From Candidatus Eiseniibacteriota bacterium (GTDB lineage Bacteria > Orphanbacterota > Orphanbacteria > Orphanbacterales > Orphanbacteraceae), in contig JAJCZU010000006.1 in NCBI GenBank assembly GCA_029262235.1, positions 10,934 to 74,933 of the forward strand: a stretch of 64,000 nt of DNA, read 5' to 3'. A model generated the notes under the pieces. That model was not told the DNA's origin. It saw nothing but the letters and a program-made list of their open reading frames with translations, and searched no databases. The position numbers were made by a program, and so were the translations under genes. The first letter of the stretch is position 1; every line of letters begins with the position of its first letter. Of the stretch, positions 8,421 through 18,540 are shown piece after piece.

Positions 8421-8517
8421 CGTTTGGCTTGGAAGTTGCAGATCCAGTTCGTATACTGAGTATGAAATCTCCCGCTCACCCCTGCCGAATCCCCGTCAAG
8501 GAAGGCTAACGCAAAGA

Positions 8518-11500
8518 ATGAGAATCGGTTATTGCTTCATCGCGGCGCTTTCCGTGATGTTCCTGATGAACGCCGGCCGAGCCGAGGCCGCGCGCGTGTC
8601 CTCCGATGGGGACGGTTCGGTTACCCTTGTCCTGACACCGGACCGCTATCGAATCGCGGAAACGACGATTCAGGGAGAAACGTTCCGCGAGGTAAGGGGA
8701 CTCGGCACCGGCGTCAGCGCGGGGGGCAGGCCCGACCTGCCGACCCAGGGGTACTGGGTCGCGATCCCGGACGGCATGGAGCCGCGACTTACGATCGTGC
8801 GCACGGACTACGAAGATCTTCCGGGGCCCCCGATTGCGCCGGCGCCGAAGGACACCCTGTTCGGACGCACGCGCGAACCGGGGTTCACGCAGTCGATCGA
8901 CCGCGCGTTCTACCAGACTTCCGCGCTGTATCCGGAGGCGATTGCCACGCTCGGCGAGTTCGAGCGCTTCCGGAATCAGCGCGTCGTTCCCGTTCGTTTT
9001 CATCCGTACCGGACCATGCCTTCGAGCGGAATGCTCCGCATTTATAATGAAGTGGAAGTGCGGATCGACTTCGTTCCCGCACCGGCAGAGAAGCGCGCGG
9101 CGGGCGCGCGTGAGCCGGCACGCGACGAGGCGAAGTGGGAGGGCCTGTACCAGGGCACGATCGTGAACTACGAGCAGGGGCGCGGGTTCCGATCGCGGCC
9201 TGCGAGAACGGGGCAGCAGAGAGCTTCGAAGTCGTCCCGTGTGGAAAACGAGTACAAGCTTTTCATCGAGAAGAGCGGCGTCTACAAGATCCCGTTCGCC
9301 GAACTGAACAAGAAGGGCCTCGCCGGGGGCGCCTCCGTCGACCGGATCTCGATCTACAGGCGCGGCTTCTCCGAACAGCTTCTGCAGGACGACCTGAGTC
9401 CGTTCACCGAGGTGTCGCTGCCCACGCGCGTGCTCGACAAGACGGGCAACGGCACGTTCGAAGACGGCGACACGGTGATTTGCTTCCTGCCCGGGTTTCG
9501 AGAAGATCGCATGGAGCGTGACTTCGAGGATCGGTTTGCGATCGAGGCTGTGTATTTCCTGTCTGTCGAAGGGGAGGCCCGCCCGGCCGCGACCCGGAGC
9601 GCGAACCTCGGCCTCGCGAGTCCGACTTCTCTCACGTCGTTCCCCGACTCGATACGATGGGAGATCGACGTGCAGTACGACGGGAAGTCGCCGACCGACA
9701 CGATCGATCACTATTTCGCGGGCGGAAACCGGATCGAAAGCCGTACGACGCAGATCGAACTCGGCGCCATTGACCCCTCCGTTCTGTTCGGCGTGAAAGG
9801 GATGGTGGTTTCCACCGTATCCGAAGGCTCGGGCGCTCTTCTTTATCACCGGTACCGGCTCGAAACGGCGGGCGGGACCGAGATCTTCAATTATCTGAAC
9901 TTCGGCGAGCGCGCGAATCTTTCGCGCACGGGGCGCGTGCACGACCCTGTTCTGCTTGTCGAGGGTCTGAACAACATTCGCTACTTCGGGTCCCGTGGCC
10001 GCGCGGTTGAAACGACGACGCCGGGAGCGGGGGGGCATCTCGACTGGTACGAGATTCACGCGAACTTCCTGTACAAGGCCCACCAGGGTGCGCTTCATTT
10101 TTCGACGGGGACCGGTTCCGGTCCGGTCGCAATGACCGTGACGGGATTCCCGAGCGCGCAGGTTCATGTCTGGGACGTGACCGATCCGTACGGCGCGAGC
10201 GTGATTGAAGCGGCAGCTACCGGCAGTGGCGGGAACTTCGCGATTACGATCCAGGACACGATCAACGGCGGGCGGCACGCGTACCGTGCGTACGCGGGGA
10301 GCGCGATTCCGGTGCTGAAGAGCGCGAAGATCGTGGCGGATCTGCCGACGAACCTCGCGTCGGCGCAGTCCGATTACCTGATGGTCGCGCACGAGGACTT
10401 CTACGATGCCGTCGCGCCGCTCGAGGAGTACCGCGAGTCGAAAGGGTACACCGTGGAGCGCGCGCGGATCAGCGACGTGTACGACGAGTTCAACGGGGGC
10501 GTGAAGGATCCGGTCGCGATCCGGAATTACGTGCGCTACGGATTTACGGCGTGGGACAAGCAGCCCCTTTTTCTGCTGCTCGTCGGGGACGGTTTCGAAG
10601 ACTACAAGAATCTCGCCGTGAATCGGGGGAACAGCGGCGATGACTTCGATTTCATCCCCGCGTACCCGGGTTATACGCGTCAGATTTTCGGAAGCGGCGA
10701 CAACTGGGACGCCAGCGATCCCTGGTTCGGCTTTCTCGACGGCGACCGGGACGCGCTGCTCGACGTCATCGTCGGGCGCATGCCGGTCAAAACCGCGTCG
10801 GAAGCCGAAATCATCGTCGAAAAGACGATTGCCTACGAAGACTTCTCGCCGAACGACACCTGGCGGAATCGCATGATCTTCATGGCGGACGACCGCTGGG
10901 TCTTCGACTCCGGCTGCATCGAAGACGGGCGTCAGCCGCAGTTCGAATCGAACTCGCGCGTGTTCGTCGAGAACCTGCTCGAATCTTCCGCCCGCGACAT
11001 GGATACGGCGACCATTTATCTGAGCACGTCGACGGATGCCGTTCACGAAATGTGCCCGTGCGCCGCGAACCCCAACTCCACACAGGAAGCCGACGTCGAC
11101 TGCGTGATCGCCGGCGCGCGCGCCACGGTCGGAAAGCGCATGTTCGACCAGTTGAACGGGCCGGGCGCATTGTTCGTGAATTTTCAGGGGCACGGAAACC
11201 GGAATGTGCTGACGCATGAAGTCGTCGTCCGTCAGGGGCCCGACTACAGGAACAACACGTCGAACGATTTCGACGTCAACACGAACAACAAGGGACGCCC
11301 TTACATTTTTGCCGCGTACGGCTGTTCGATCTCCGAATTCGATCGATTTACGTCATTCGGTTACGAGGCGCTGACGGAAGTCATGATCCGGAGCGACAAG
11401 GGAGGCGCGGTCGCGGCGTTCGGTTCAACCGGGATCGAATTCCTTTCACCGAATCTCGCTCTCAACAGTTCGATCCTGAAGTATTTCTATCAGTCTCCCG

Positions 11501-12615
11501 GAATCGTTCCTTCCATCGATGTGAACGGAAGTCCGCCGCCCTGGTACCAGGGTGTTCCGCGCTGGTCGATCGGCGAGATCATCGCGCTCGGACTGAACGA
11601 CTTTGCGGTGCGCAGTCCGCTCGGCAGTCCGGATACGATCCGGCGCTATGCGATCTTCGGTGACCCTGCCCTTATGATGGACGCGTCGATTCCGAAATTC
11701 GAAGTGTTCCTCGACGGCATTCCCACCACGAACGGGGGAGTGGTGACATCCAACCTCGACGGCACGCCCGTCCTCGTGACGGCGCAGGTGCGCGACGAGG
11801 TGCTGATCCCGCGTGATTCGATCGCCGTGTTCGCGGGTGCCGTGGCGCTCGACACGGCGGCTTATTCGGTCATCGCCGATACGACGTGGCAGGAAGGGCA
11901 CGCGTGGAACCTCGCGTTCGAACTCGACCTTGACTCGGACGAGTCCGTGGACTACACGCTGCGCGCGGTCGACCTGAACGGGCGCGTTTCGACGTTCGTG
12001 CTGAAGACGACGGCTGCGATGATCCTGACAGTGGACGGACGCGAACTGGTCGATGGCGCCCTCGTTTCGCCGCGACCGACGATCCGCGCCGAAATCACGA
12101 CTCCGCGGCCCGTGACGGCGAACGAGATCGACATCATGATCGATGGCGTGTCGCTGCTTCTCGACAGCCTCGTCAGCATCGACCAGTTCCGGTGGGTCGC
12201 CGTGGCGCGCCCGACCCTGTCGGGCGGAACCCATACGCTGAAGGTCACCGTGGGGGCGCAGAGCGTCGAATACATGATCCGGGTCGATGCCACGTTCCGC
12301 GTGGCGGACCTGCTGAACTATCCGAATCCGGCCGAAGACGGTACCGGCTTCTACTACGAGCTTACGGACCAGGCCGACGAGGTGTCGATCGAGGTGTTCA
12401 CGGTGAACGGGCGCCGGATCCGCACATTCCGCGACCTCGGCTCGCGCGCGGGCTACAACGAGAACCCTCTCGTCTGGGACGGCACGGACGCGGACGGGGA
12501 TCGCGTGGCGAACGGAGTCTACATCTATCGCCTGCAGGCCCGCCGCGCCGACGACCGGGTCGAAGCGATGGGGAAGGCGGTTTTCCTCCGCACCACCCCT
12601 CCCGAAGACGAATGA
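8518..12615 (+). CDS. Peptidase C25 (gingipain-like cysteine protease) with type IX secretion C-terminal sorting domain
   Basis: 1365 aa; signal peptide MRIGYCFIAALSVMFLMNAGRAEA; central block YLMVAHEDFYDAVAPLEEYRESKGYTVERARISDVYDEFNGG...IRNYVRY...PLFLLLVGDG...FIPAYPGY...DPWFGFLDGD...VGRMPV characteristic of PF01364; C-terminal ~100 aa (YPNP..DG..F.Y........V.I.V....GRR.R.......NGVYIYRL) is a Por_Secre_tail/FlgD-Ig-like domain. Confidence 0.8.
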   Translation: MRIGYCFIAALSVMFLMNAGRAEAARVSSDGDGSVTLVLTPDRYRIAETTIQGETFREVRGLGTGVSAGGRPDLPTQGYWVAIPDGMEPRLTIVRTDYEDLPGPPIAPAPKDTLFGRTREPGFTQSIDRAFYQTSALYPEAIATLGEFERFRNQRVVPVRFHPYRTMPSSGMLRIYNEVEVRIDFVPAPAEKRAAGAREPARDEAKWEGLYQGTIVNYEQGRGFRSRPARTGQQRASKSSRVENEYKLFIEKSGVYKIPFAELNKKGLAGGASVDRISIYRRGFSEQLLQDDLSPFTEVSLPTRVLDKTGNGTFEDGDTVICFLPGFREDRMERDFEDRFAIEAVYFLSVEGEARPAATRSANLGLASPTSLTSFPDSIRWEIDVQYDGKSPTDTIDHYFAGGNRIESRTTQIELGAIDPSVLFGVKGMVVSTVSEGSGALLYHRYRLETAGGTEIFNYLNFGERANLSRTGRVHDPVLLVEGLNNIRYFGSRGRAVETTTPGAGGHLDWYEIHANFLYKAHQGALHFSTGTGSGPVAMTVTGFPSAQVHVWDVTDPYGASVIEAAATGSGGNFAITIQDTINGGRHAYRAYAGSAIPVLKSAKIVADLPTNLASAQSDYLMVAHEDFYDAVAPLEEYRESKGYTVERARISDVYDEFNGGVKDPVAIRNYVRYGFTAWDKQPLFLLLVGDGFEDYKNLAVNRGNSGDDFDFIPAYPGYTRQIFGSGDNWDASDPWFGFLDGDRDALLDVIVGRMPVKTASEAEIIVEKTIAYEDFSPNDTWRNRMIFMADDRWVFDSGCIEDGRQPQFESNSRVFVENLLESSARDMDTATIYLSTSTDAVHEMCPCAANPNSTQEADVDCVIAGARATVGKRMFDQLNGPGALFVNFQGHGNRNVLTHEVVVRQGPDYRNNTSNDFDVNTNNKGRPYIFAAYGCSISEFDRFTSFGYEALTEVMIRSDKGGAVAAFGSTGIEFLSPNLALNSSILKYFYQSPGIVPSIDVNGSPPPWYQGVPRWSIGEIIALGLNDFAVRSPLGSPDTIRRYAIFGDPALMMDASIPKFEVFLDGIPTTNGGVVTSNLDGTPVLVTAQVRDEVLIPRDSIAVFAGAVALDTAAYSVIADTTWQEGHAWNLAFELDLDSDESVDYTLRAVDLNGRVSTFVLKTTAAMILTVDGRELVDGALVSPRPTIRAEITTPRPVTANEIDIMIDGVSLLLDSLVSIDQFRWVAVARPTLSGGTHTLKVTVGAQSVEYMIRVDATFRVADLLNYPNPAEDGTGFYYELTDQADEVSIEVFTVNGRRIRTFRDLGSRAGYNENPLVWDGTDADGDRVANGVYIYRLQARRADDRVEAMGKAVFLRTTPPEDE

Positions 12616-12777
12616 GAGCCCCTCACCGCCCATAACCGTGGCGAATAGCGAGCCCCTATCGCTCGCCCATATAATTATAGAAGGAATACATTCCCGCCCT
12701 GGAAATCACCCTCCGGGGCGGTTCTCATAGCGGCCCCCAGGTCCAGGTGCTACAATGCTGCGCCGAAAGGGGGCAGG

Positions 12778-14469
12778 GTGCAGATAATCGACTGGGTGGT
12801 GGTCGCCGCCTATCTCATTTTTGCTCTGGGCGTGGGGGTGTTCTTCGCCCGCAGAGCCGGGTCCGGGATCGAGGAGTATTTCCTCTCGGGCCGCAGCCTG
12901 CCCTGGTGGGTCGCGGGCACCAGCATGGTGGCCACGTCATTCGCCGCGGACACCCCGCTCGCCGTCACGGAACTCGTGCGCCAGTACGGCATTGCCGGGA
13001 ACTGGTTCTGGTGGACCTACGCGATCGGCGGCATGCTCTCGGCGCTCCTGTTCGCCCGCTTCTGGCGCCGCGCCGGCGTTCTGACCGACGCGGAGCTCAC
13101 GGAAATCCGATACGACGGCCGGGGCGCCGCCATTCTGCGCGGGTTTCGCGGATTCTACTTCGCCACGATCCGGAACTGCCTCGTCATGGGCTGGGTGATT
13201 CTGGCCATGGCCACTCTCGTGAGTACGCTGTTTCCCGGCTTCGACAAAGGTCTCGCCGTCGCGCTCTCGTGCGCCATCGCGCTTACGTACGCGGTGCTCT
13301 CCGGCTTCTGGGGCGTTGTCGTCACGGACCTCGTTCAGTTCGCGCTCGCGATGACGGGAGCGATCGCCACCGCGTTCTTCTCCGTGCGCGAAGTCGGCGG
13401 CATGAAGGCCATGCAGAGCGGCCTGCTCGAGGCTCATGGCGCGGGACTTACGTCATTCCTGCCGTCGCTCGACGGGAGTTCGTTTCTTCCGATGTCGGCG
13501 TTTCTGATCTATGTGTTTTTCCTGTGGTGGTGCACGGACAACGCCGACGGCGGCGGCATGATCATTCAGCGCATGAGCGCGTCGAAGAACGAAAACGAGG
13601 CGCTGAAGGCCACGGTGTGGTTCAACTTCGCGCACTACGGACTGCGCACATGGCCCTGGGTGCTCACGGCGCTCGCCTCGCTCATTCTCTTTCCCGACCT
13701 GACCGACGACAAGCTGGCCTACCCGCAGACGGCGCTCACGGTGCTGCCGGCGGTATGGAAGGGGATTCTCGTCGCGTCGATTCTCGCGGCGTTCATGTCG
13801 ACGATCGATACGCACCTCAACTGGGGCGCTTCGTACCTCGTAAACGACATCTACCGGCGTTTTCTGCGCCCGGACGCCTCGATGCCAGGCCTCGTTCTTG
13901 TCTCGCGCATCTCGACAGTTCTGCTGATGGTGCTCGGGGGCATCATCGCCCTGCAGTACAGCACGATCACGGGCGCATGGATTCTGACGCTCTCGCTCGG
14001 CGCAGGCGCGGGCGTCGTTTACGTCCTCCGCTGGGTGTGGTGGCGCGTGAATGCCTGGTCTGAACTCTCGGCCATGATCGCCTCGATCCTCGTCAACATC
14101 GTTCTGCGCGTCTGGTTTCCCGACCTCAAATTCCCGTACTCGATTCCCGTGGTCGTTTTCGCTTCCGCCGCCATCTGGATTCCCGTGACGTTTCTGACGA
14201 GCCCGGTAGGCGACGAAAGGCTCCACACGTTCGTCGCGCGCGTGCGCCCCGTCGGTTTCTGGTCACGCTTCCGTCCTGTAGACGATCCGAACCGGCTCGG
14301 GCGTTGGCTTTTTCTCTGGGTCGTGGCCACTGCCGCGCTTTATGGCTTCCTGTTCGGGGGCGGCGCGGCCCTGTTCGGCCGATGGGGGCTCTCGGGGGTC
14401 TGCTTCGCGATCTCGATTCTGGGCGGCTGGTACCTGTTCCGATCGCTCGATCGGGAGGGCTGGTTTTGA
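12778..14469 (+). CDS. Sodium:solute symporter family (SSS/SLC5) transporter; candidate MurNAc/anhydromuropeptide importer by operon context
   Basis: GTG start 12778; 563 aa, about 13 TM helices; SSS hallmarks (EYFLSGRSLPWWVAGTSMVATSFAADTPL, GWVILAMATL, LNWGASYLVNDIYRRF); 5-nt gap to anmK. Confidence 0.8.
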   Translation: MQIIDWVVVAAYLIFALGVGVFFARRAGSGIEEYFLSGRSLPWWVAGTSMVATSFAADTPLAVTELVRQYGIAGNWFWWTYAIGGMLSALLFARFWRRAGVLTDAELTEIRYDGRGAAILRGFRGFYFATIRNCLVMGWVILAMATLVSTLFPGFDKGLAVALSCAIALTYAVLSGFWGVVVTDLVQFALAMTGAIATAFFSVREVGGMKAMQSGLLEAHGAGLTSFLPSLDGSSFLPMSAFLIYVFFLWWCTDNADGGGMIIQRMSASKNENEALKATVWFNFAHYGLRTWPWVLTALASLILFPDLTDDKLAYPQTALTVLPAVWKGILVASILAAFMSTIDTHLNWGASYLVNDIYRRFLRPDASMPGLVLVSRISTVLLMVLGGIIALQYSTITGAWILTLSLGAGAGVVYVLRWVWWRVNAWSELSAMIASILVNIVLRVWFPDLKFPYSIPVVVFASAAIWIPVTFLTSPVGDERLHTFVARVRPVGFWSRFRPVDDPNRLGRWLFLWVVATAALYGFLFGGGAALFGRWGLSGVCFAISILGGWYLFRSLDREGWF

Positions 14470-14474
14470 GCGGA

Positions 14475-15635
14475 ATGCGCCTGATCGGCCTCGTCAGCGG
14501 AACCTCGATGGACGGAATAGACGCGGCTGCCATCCATGTGCGGGCGCGCGGGGAGAAACTCGCGGTCGCGCTCGAAAACTTTCGCACGGTGCCGTACCCG
14601 GAAGGGGTCGCAAGGGCGCTTCGCAGGCATCACGGGCCCGGGAAGAGTGACCGCGATGAACTCGCCGCGCTCTCGATCGAGGTAGGGCGCCTGTTCGGTC
14701 GCGCGGCGGCCCGCGTGGCGGGAGGCGCAGCGCGGCTGCAGGAATATGACGCGATCGGATCGCACGGGCAGACGCTGCTGCATCGCCCCGGCGCGAAACA
14801 CCCGTTCAGCCTCCAGATCGGGGACGGCGTGACGATCGCCGGCCGGACCGGGCTTCCGGTCGTGTACGACTTTCGTTCCGCGGACATCGCGGGCGGGGGT
14901 GAAGGGGCGCCGGTGCTGCCGATCGCGGATTACCTGCTCCTGCGATCCGGCAGGCGGGATCGCGCCGTGCTGAACCTCGGCGGGGTTGCGAACCTGACGT
15001 GGCTTCCGCGCGCCGGCGGCTGGGGCGGCGTTCGTTCGTTCGACACCGGGCCCGCCAACGCACTCATGGACAGGATCATGCAGTCGCGCTTCGGAAAGCC
15101 GTACGACAAGGACGGTGGGCTGGCGCTCTCGGGAAGCGTGGACGACGCGCTGCTCGCGCGGCTCATGCGCCATCCGTATTTTCGGCGCAAGCCGCCGAAG
15201 TCCACCGGCTTCGAGGAATTCGGCGACGCGTTCGCCCGGGATGCGCTGCGGGGTCTGCGCAGGAACCGGATTCCGGACGTGCTGGCGACTCTGGCCGCGC
15301 TCACGGCGCGCACGGCCGCCGCAGGATTCAGCTCTCTGACGAGCACGCCGTTCGACCTGGCGCTTGCCGGCGGGGGCGCTGCGAACGGCGCGATCACGCG
15401 CGCTCTCGAGCAGGCGATTCCGTACGCCCGCTTCGTCCCCCTTGCGGAGTGGGGGCAGGATCCTGCGGCGCGCGAAGCGATCGGCTTCGCCGTGCTGGCC
15501 CATGAATTCCTCCGCGGCCGGCGTTATGTTATGAAGCACGTTACCGGCTCGAAGAGCGTGGCGCCTCTCGGCGTGCTCGCCCCGGGCGAGAAACCGTACA
15601 CCCTTCGTTTTCCCCTCGATCGGAATCTCCCATGA
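14475..15635 (+). CDS. anmK: Anhydro-N-acetylmuramic acid kinase
   Basis: ATG 14475 (MRLIGLVSGTSMDGIDAA...) 5 nt after the symporter stop; AnmK N-terminal motif GLMSGTSMDG-like; about 386 aa. Confidence 0.85.
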   Translation: MRLIGLVSGTSMDGIDAAAIHVRARGEKLAVALENFRTVPYPEGVARALRRHHGPGKSDRDELAALSIEVGRLFGRAAARVAGGAARLQEYDAIGSHGQTLLHRPGAKHPFSLQIGDGVTIAGRTGLPVVYDFRSADIAGGGEGAPVLPIADYLLLRSGRRDRAVLNLGGVANLTWLPRAGGWGGVRSFDTGPANALMDRIMQSRFGKPYDKDGGLALSGSVDDALLARLMRHPYFRRKPPKSTGFEEFGDAFARDALRGLRRNRIPDVLATLAALTARTAAAGFSSLTSTPFDLALAGGGAANGAITRALEQAIPYARFVPLAEWGQDPAAREAIGFAVLAHEFLRGRRYVMKHVTGSKSVAPLGVLAPGEKPYTLRFPLDRNLP

Positions 15636-16909
15636 AACGCAACGCTTTGTTCCTCTTGTTTCTGATCGTACTGACGGCCGGCTGCTCACCCCGCCCGCCC
15701 GTGCGTCTGTCGCCGGTCGCCGCGGCGCGAACACCCGTCGGCCCTGTCCGGATCGCGCTGCACGAAAGCGCGCCGGAGGTCGCGGTCGCGTTTCCCGAGG
15801 GAGGGAAATGTGTCTGGCAGGGCGGCGATCTCGATGTCCCGGCGGGGGGCTCGCTCACATTCGTCGCGGCGGAGGCGAACGAGATGCACGTGCGCGAAGC
15901 GGGGAATCTGCGCGCCATCGTGACGGCGGCCACCGTGCAGCCGACGGCGGGCGGCGTCTTCGAAACGGAAGGGCGTCCTTACGGCGGTACCTTCGACCTC
16001 ATCATTCACGACGGGGGGATTCTCGCGATCAACCGGATCGGGCTCGAAGAGTATCTGCGCGGAGTCGTTCCGTGGGAGATCGGATTCCTGTCCGAAGACA
16101 AGCTGGAGGCGCTCAAGTCGCAGGCCGTGGCCGCCCGCACCTACTCGCTGACACGCATCCTGGCCAGCGACGATATCTGGGACATGAGCGCCGACGAAAT
16201 GGATCAGGTCTATCGAGGACTCGAGAAGACGAGCCCGGTCGTCGATCGCGCGATCGCGGAGACGGCGGGCCTGGTGGCGATTGACGGCCACGAGCTCGTG
16301 CGGACGTATTACTCTTCGACATGCGGCGGGCGTACTTCGCCACTCGAAGATGTATGGTTCGATCGTGAAGGTGCGCGTTATCTGCGCGGCGTCCATGACA
16401 CGCCTTCGGGCGGCCCCGACGAAGAAGCTTCGTACTGCAAGCGATCGCCGCGGTTCGTGTGGACCGAGATCATGGGCGCGTCGGATATCGAAAAGATTCT
16501 GGATGCGCTTGCGCTCGAGATTCCGCGCAATCGGGCTTCGCTCGGACGCCTGAAGAACATCGAGATCGGACGCCGGGGCAGAACCGGTCGCGTGCTCTAT
16601 ACGGTCTTCGAAACCGAGGGCGGAAGATTCGAGATCCCGGCCGATCGCGTGCGCTGGGTTCTTCGTCGCCCGGCGGACGGCGGCATCCTGCGAAGCACGT
16701 GGTTCAATTTAAAGGTAAAACGTTCCGGCGGCTTCGTCCGCGAAGTGCAGGTCGACGGTCGCGGCTTCGGGCATGGAATCGGCATGTGCCAGTGGGGCGC
16801 GATGGGAATGGCCGAGCGGGGCCGTTCGTACGAAGAGATCCTGAAACACTACTATCCCGGCATCCGGATCGGTATCTACGATCCCGGCGCGCGCGGGGGA
16901 GATGCGTGA
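15632..16909 (+). CDS. SpoIID/LytB-domain lipoprotein (amidase enhancer family)
   Basis: Lipobox LTAGCS; SpoIID/LytB signature EEYLRGVVPWE...ALKSQAVAARTYSL...YYSSTCGGRT; ATGA overlap with anmK stop. Confidence 0.8.
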   Translation: MKRNALFLLFLIVLTAGCSPRPPVRLSPVAAARTPVGPVRIALHESAPEVAVAFPEGGKCVWQGGDLDVPAGGSLTFVAAEANEMHVREAGNLRAIVTAATVQPTAGGVFETEGRPYGGTFDLIIHDGGILAINRIGLEEYLRGVVPWEIGFLSEDKLEALKSQAVAARTYSLTRILASDDIWDMSADEMDQVYRGLEKTSPVVDRAIAETAGLVAIDGHELVRTYYSSTCGGRTSPLEDVWFDREGARYLRGVHDTPSGGPDEEASYCKRSPRFVWTEIMGASDIEKILDALALEIPRNRASLGRLKNIEIGRRGRTGRVLYTVFETEGGRFEIPADRVRWVLRRPADGGILRSTWFNLKVKRSGGFVREVQVDGRGFGHGIGMCQWGAMGMAERGRSYEEILKHYYPGIRIGIYDPGARGGDA

Positions 16910-18408
16910 GCAGGACTCCCGATTCGATCCGGCGCGCGTGCGGCGCCGTTCTGATGGCCGCCCCGCGCGGCAAGGCACTGACGAAAGCGGAAGAGAAGAT
17001 CCTGCGCGACGGCCGCGTCGGCCACGTCATCCTGTTCGCGCAGAACGTGGAATCGCCGGAGCAACTCGCGAAACTCACGAAACAGATTCGAGACGTCGCC
17101 CCCGGACGCTGCCTGATCGCGATCGACCACGAGGGCGGGCTCGTGGCGTTCGGCGCGGGCGCGGTGGAGCGTGGTCCCACGGCGCTCGCGCTCGGCGCCA
17201 CCGAGTCGGAGTCGCTTGCTCAGAAGTGGGGGCGCTACTTCGGCAGCGCGTTTCGTGCGTGCGGGGTGGATGTCGTGTTCGCGCCCGTCCTCGATGTTCT
17301 GTCGACGGAGGGGGGCGAGGTGATCGGCACGCGCGCTTTCGGTTCGAAGCCGGCGCGCGTGTCGCGGCTCGGGGAAGCGATGCGGCGCGGCCTGGAAGCC
17401 GGCGGCGTTCTGACCTGCGCCAAGCACTTCCCGGGACACGGCGGCGTGGTCGCCGACTCTCATCTGACCCGGCCGCGCGACGACCGCCCGCTTGCCCGCT
17501 GGACGCACCGCGATCTCGTGCCGTTCCGCGCCGCGATTCGCGCCGGCATCGGTTCCATCATGGTCGCTCATATCGAAACGCCCGCGCTCGGCGCAGCGGG
17601 CGTGCCGGCGTCCGCGTCGGAAGCCGTGCTGCACGGCCTGCTGCGCGAACGGCTCGGCTTTCAGGGCATCATCGTGTCCGATGCGATCGACATGAACGCG
17701 TATGAGCCGTCGCTTCTGCGCGCGAGCCTGCTGGCCGGCGTCTCGCTCTTTCCGATGGGAGGGACGCTGCGTGATGCCGCGGCACTCGGCGCGAAGATCG
17801 CGGAAGACCTCAGGGACGATGGCGACGGGCACTGGCATCTCGCGCGGAGTGCGATGGAGATCGCAAAATGGGCGGGATCCGCTGGAAAGCGCGCGTCGCG
17901 CTCCCGGGCCAAGCCGTCACCCGTGCCTGCGATGCCGGGCGCGGCGGGGATCGCGCGCCAGGGGAGGGCGGCTCCGATGGTCACGTCCGACGCCGGCATT
18001 CTGCTTCTGCCCGAAGAGCTCGGAGGTCGCATCCGGCTTCCGATCGACACGGGCCATATCGCGAACGAGCGCGGGGAGGTCTGGATGAGGCGTCACGTGC
18101 GCGTCTATCCTTTCGATCCGGGCGCGGGTATACGCCGGAAGCTTCTCGCCGCCCTTCCTGCCGGAGAGCCTGTCACGCTCGCCCTGGCGCACCGCGGGAA
18201 GCCGCCCGCCGGCCAGGTCGCGTTTCTCGAGGCTCTCAGAAGCGACGGCAGGCTCGGCTGCGCGGTGTCCCTTCTCGACCCGCACGACCTCATGGCCCGG
18301 CGCGAGGTGGGGTATCGGCTCCATACATTCGACCCGGGCCCGGAGCCCCTCCGATACCTCGTCAAGATCCTTGCAGGCGAAGCGAAACCAACGGGAAAAC
18401 TTCCCTGA
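16906..18408 (+). CDS. nagZ: Beta-N-acetylhexosaminidase NagZ (GH3) with about 190-aa C-terminal extension
   Basis: GTG 16906 overlaps the SpoIID stop (GTGA); alternative ATG 16954; GH3 motifs GHVILFAQN, IAIDHEGG, VVFAPVLDV, KHFPGHGG.V.DSH; the ORF N-terminal extension from 16459 overlaps SpoIID in another frame and is rejected. Confidence 0.8.
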   Translation: MSRTPDSIRRACGAVLMAAPRGKALTKAEEKILRDGRVGHVILFAQNVESPEQLAKLTKQIRDVAPGRCLIAIDHEGGLVAFGAGAVERGPTALALGATESESLAQKWGRYFGSAFRACGVDVVFAPVLDVLSTEGGEVIGTRAFGSKPARVSRLGEAMRRGLEAGGVLTCAKHFPGHGGVVADSHLTRPRDDRPLARWTHRDLVPFRAAIRAGIGSIMVAHIETPALGAAGVPASASEAVLHGLLRERLGFQGIIVSDAIDMNAYEPSLLRASLLAGVSLFPMGGTLRDAAALGAKIAEDLRDDGDGHWHLARSAMEIAKWAGSAGKRASRSRAKPSPVPAMPGAAGIARQGRAAPMVTSDAGILLLPEELGGRIRLPIDTGHIANERGEVWMRRHVRVYPFDPGAGIRRKLLAALPAGEPVTLALAHRGKPPAGQVAFLEALRSDGRLGCAVSLLDPHDLMARREVGYRLHTFDPGPEPLRYLVKILAGEAKPTGKLP

Positions 18409-18463
18409 CAAGTGATTGACACTTTCGAAAACTCAGTGCTACATTCCTGATCTATTTGCTTGC

Positions 18464-18540
18464 GGGGTCGTGGTGCAGCTGGTTAGCACACTGGCCTGTC
18501 AAGCCAGAGGTCGCGGGTTCGAGTCCCGTCGGCCCCGCCA
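18464..18540 (+). tRNA. tRNA-Asp (anticodon GTC), CCA encoded
   Basis: Acceptor GGGGTCG/CGGCCCC, D-arm GTGC-AGCTGGTTA-GCAC, anticodon stem CTGGC/GCCAG with loop CTGTCAA (GTC), T-arm GCGGG-TTCGAGT-CCCGT, discriminator G + CCA. Confidence 0.9.

Noticed and set aside
8506-11217. 903-aa reverse-strand ORF covering the C25 peptidase gene
   Set aside because: Antisense to a gene with clear peptidase C25 motifs. The translation is Arg/His-rich with no domain pattern. GC-bias artefact.
16459-16905. N-terminal extension of the nagZ ORF overlapping the SpoIID gene
   Set aside because: Out-of-frame overlap with a well-supported gene. NagZ homology begins near residue 166 of the ORF. GTG 16906 gives a classic GTGA stop-start overlap.
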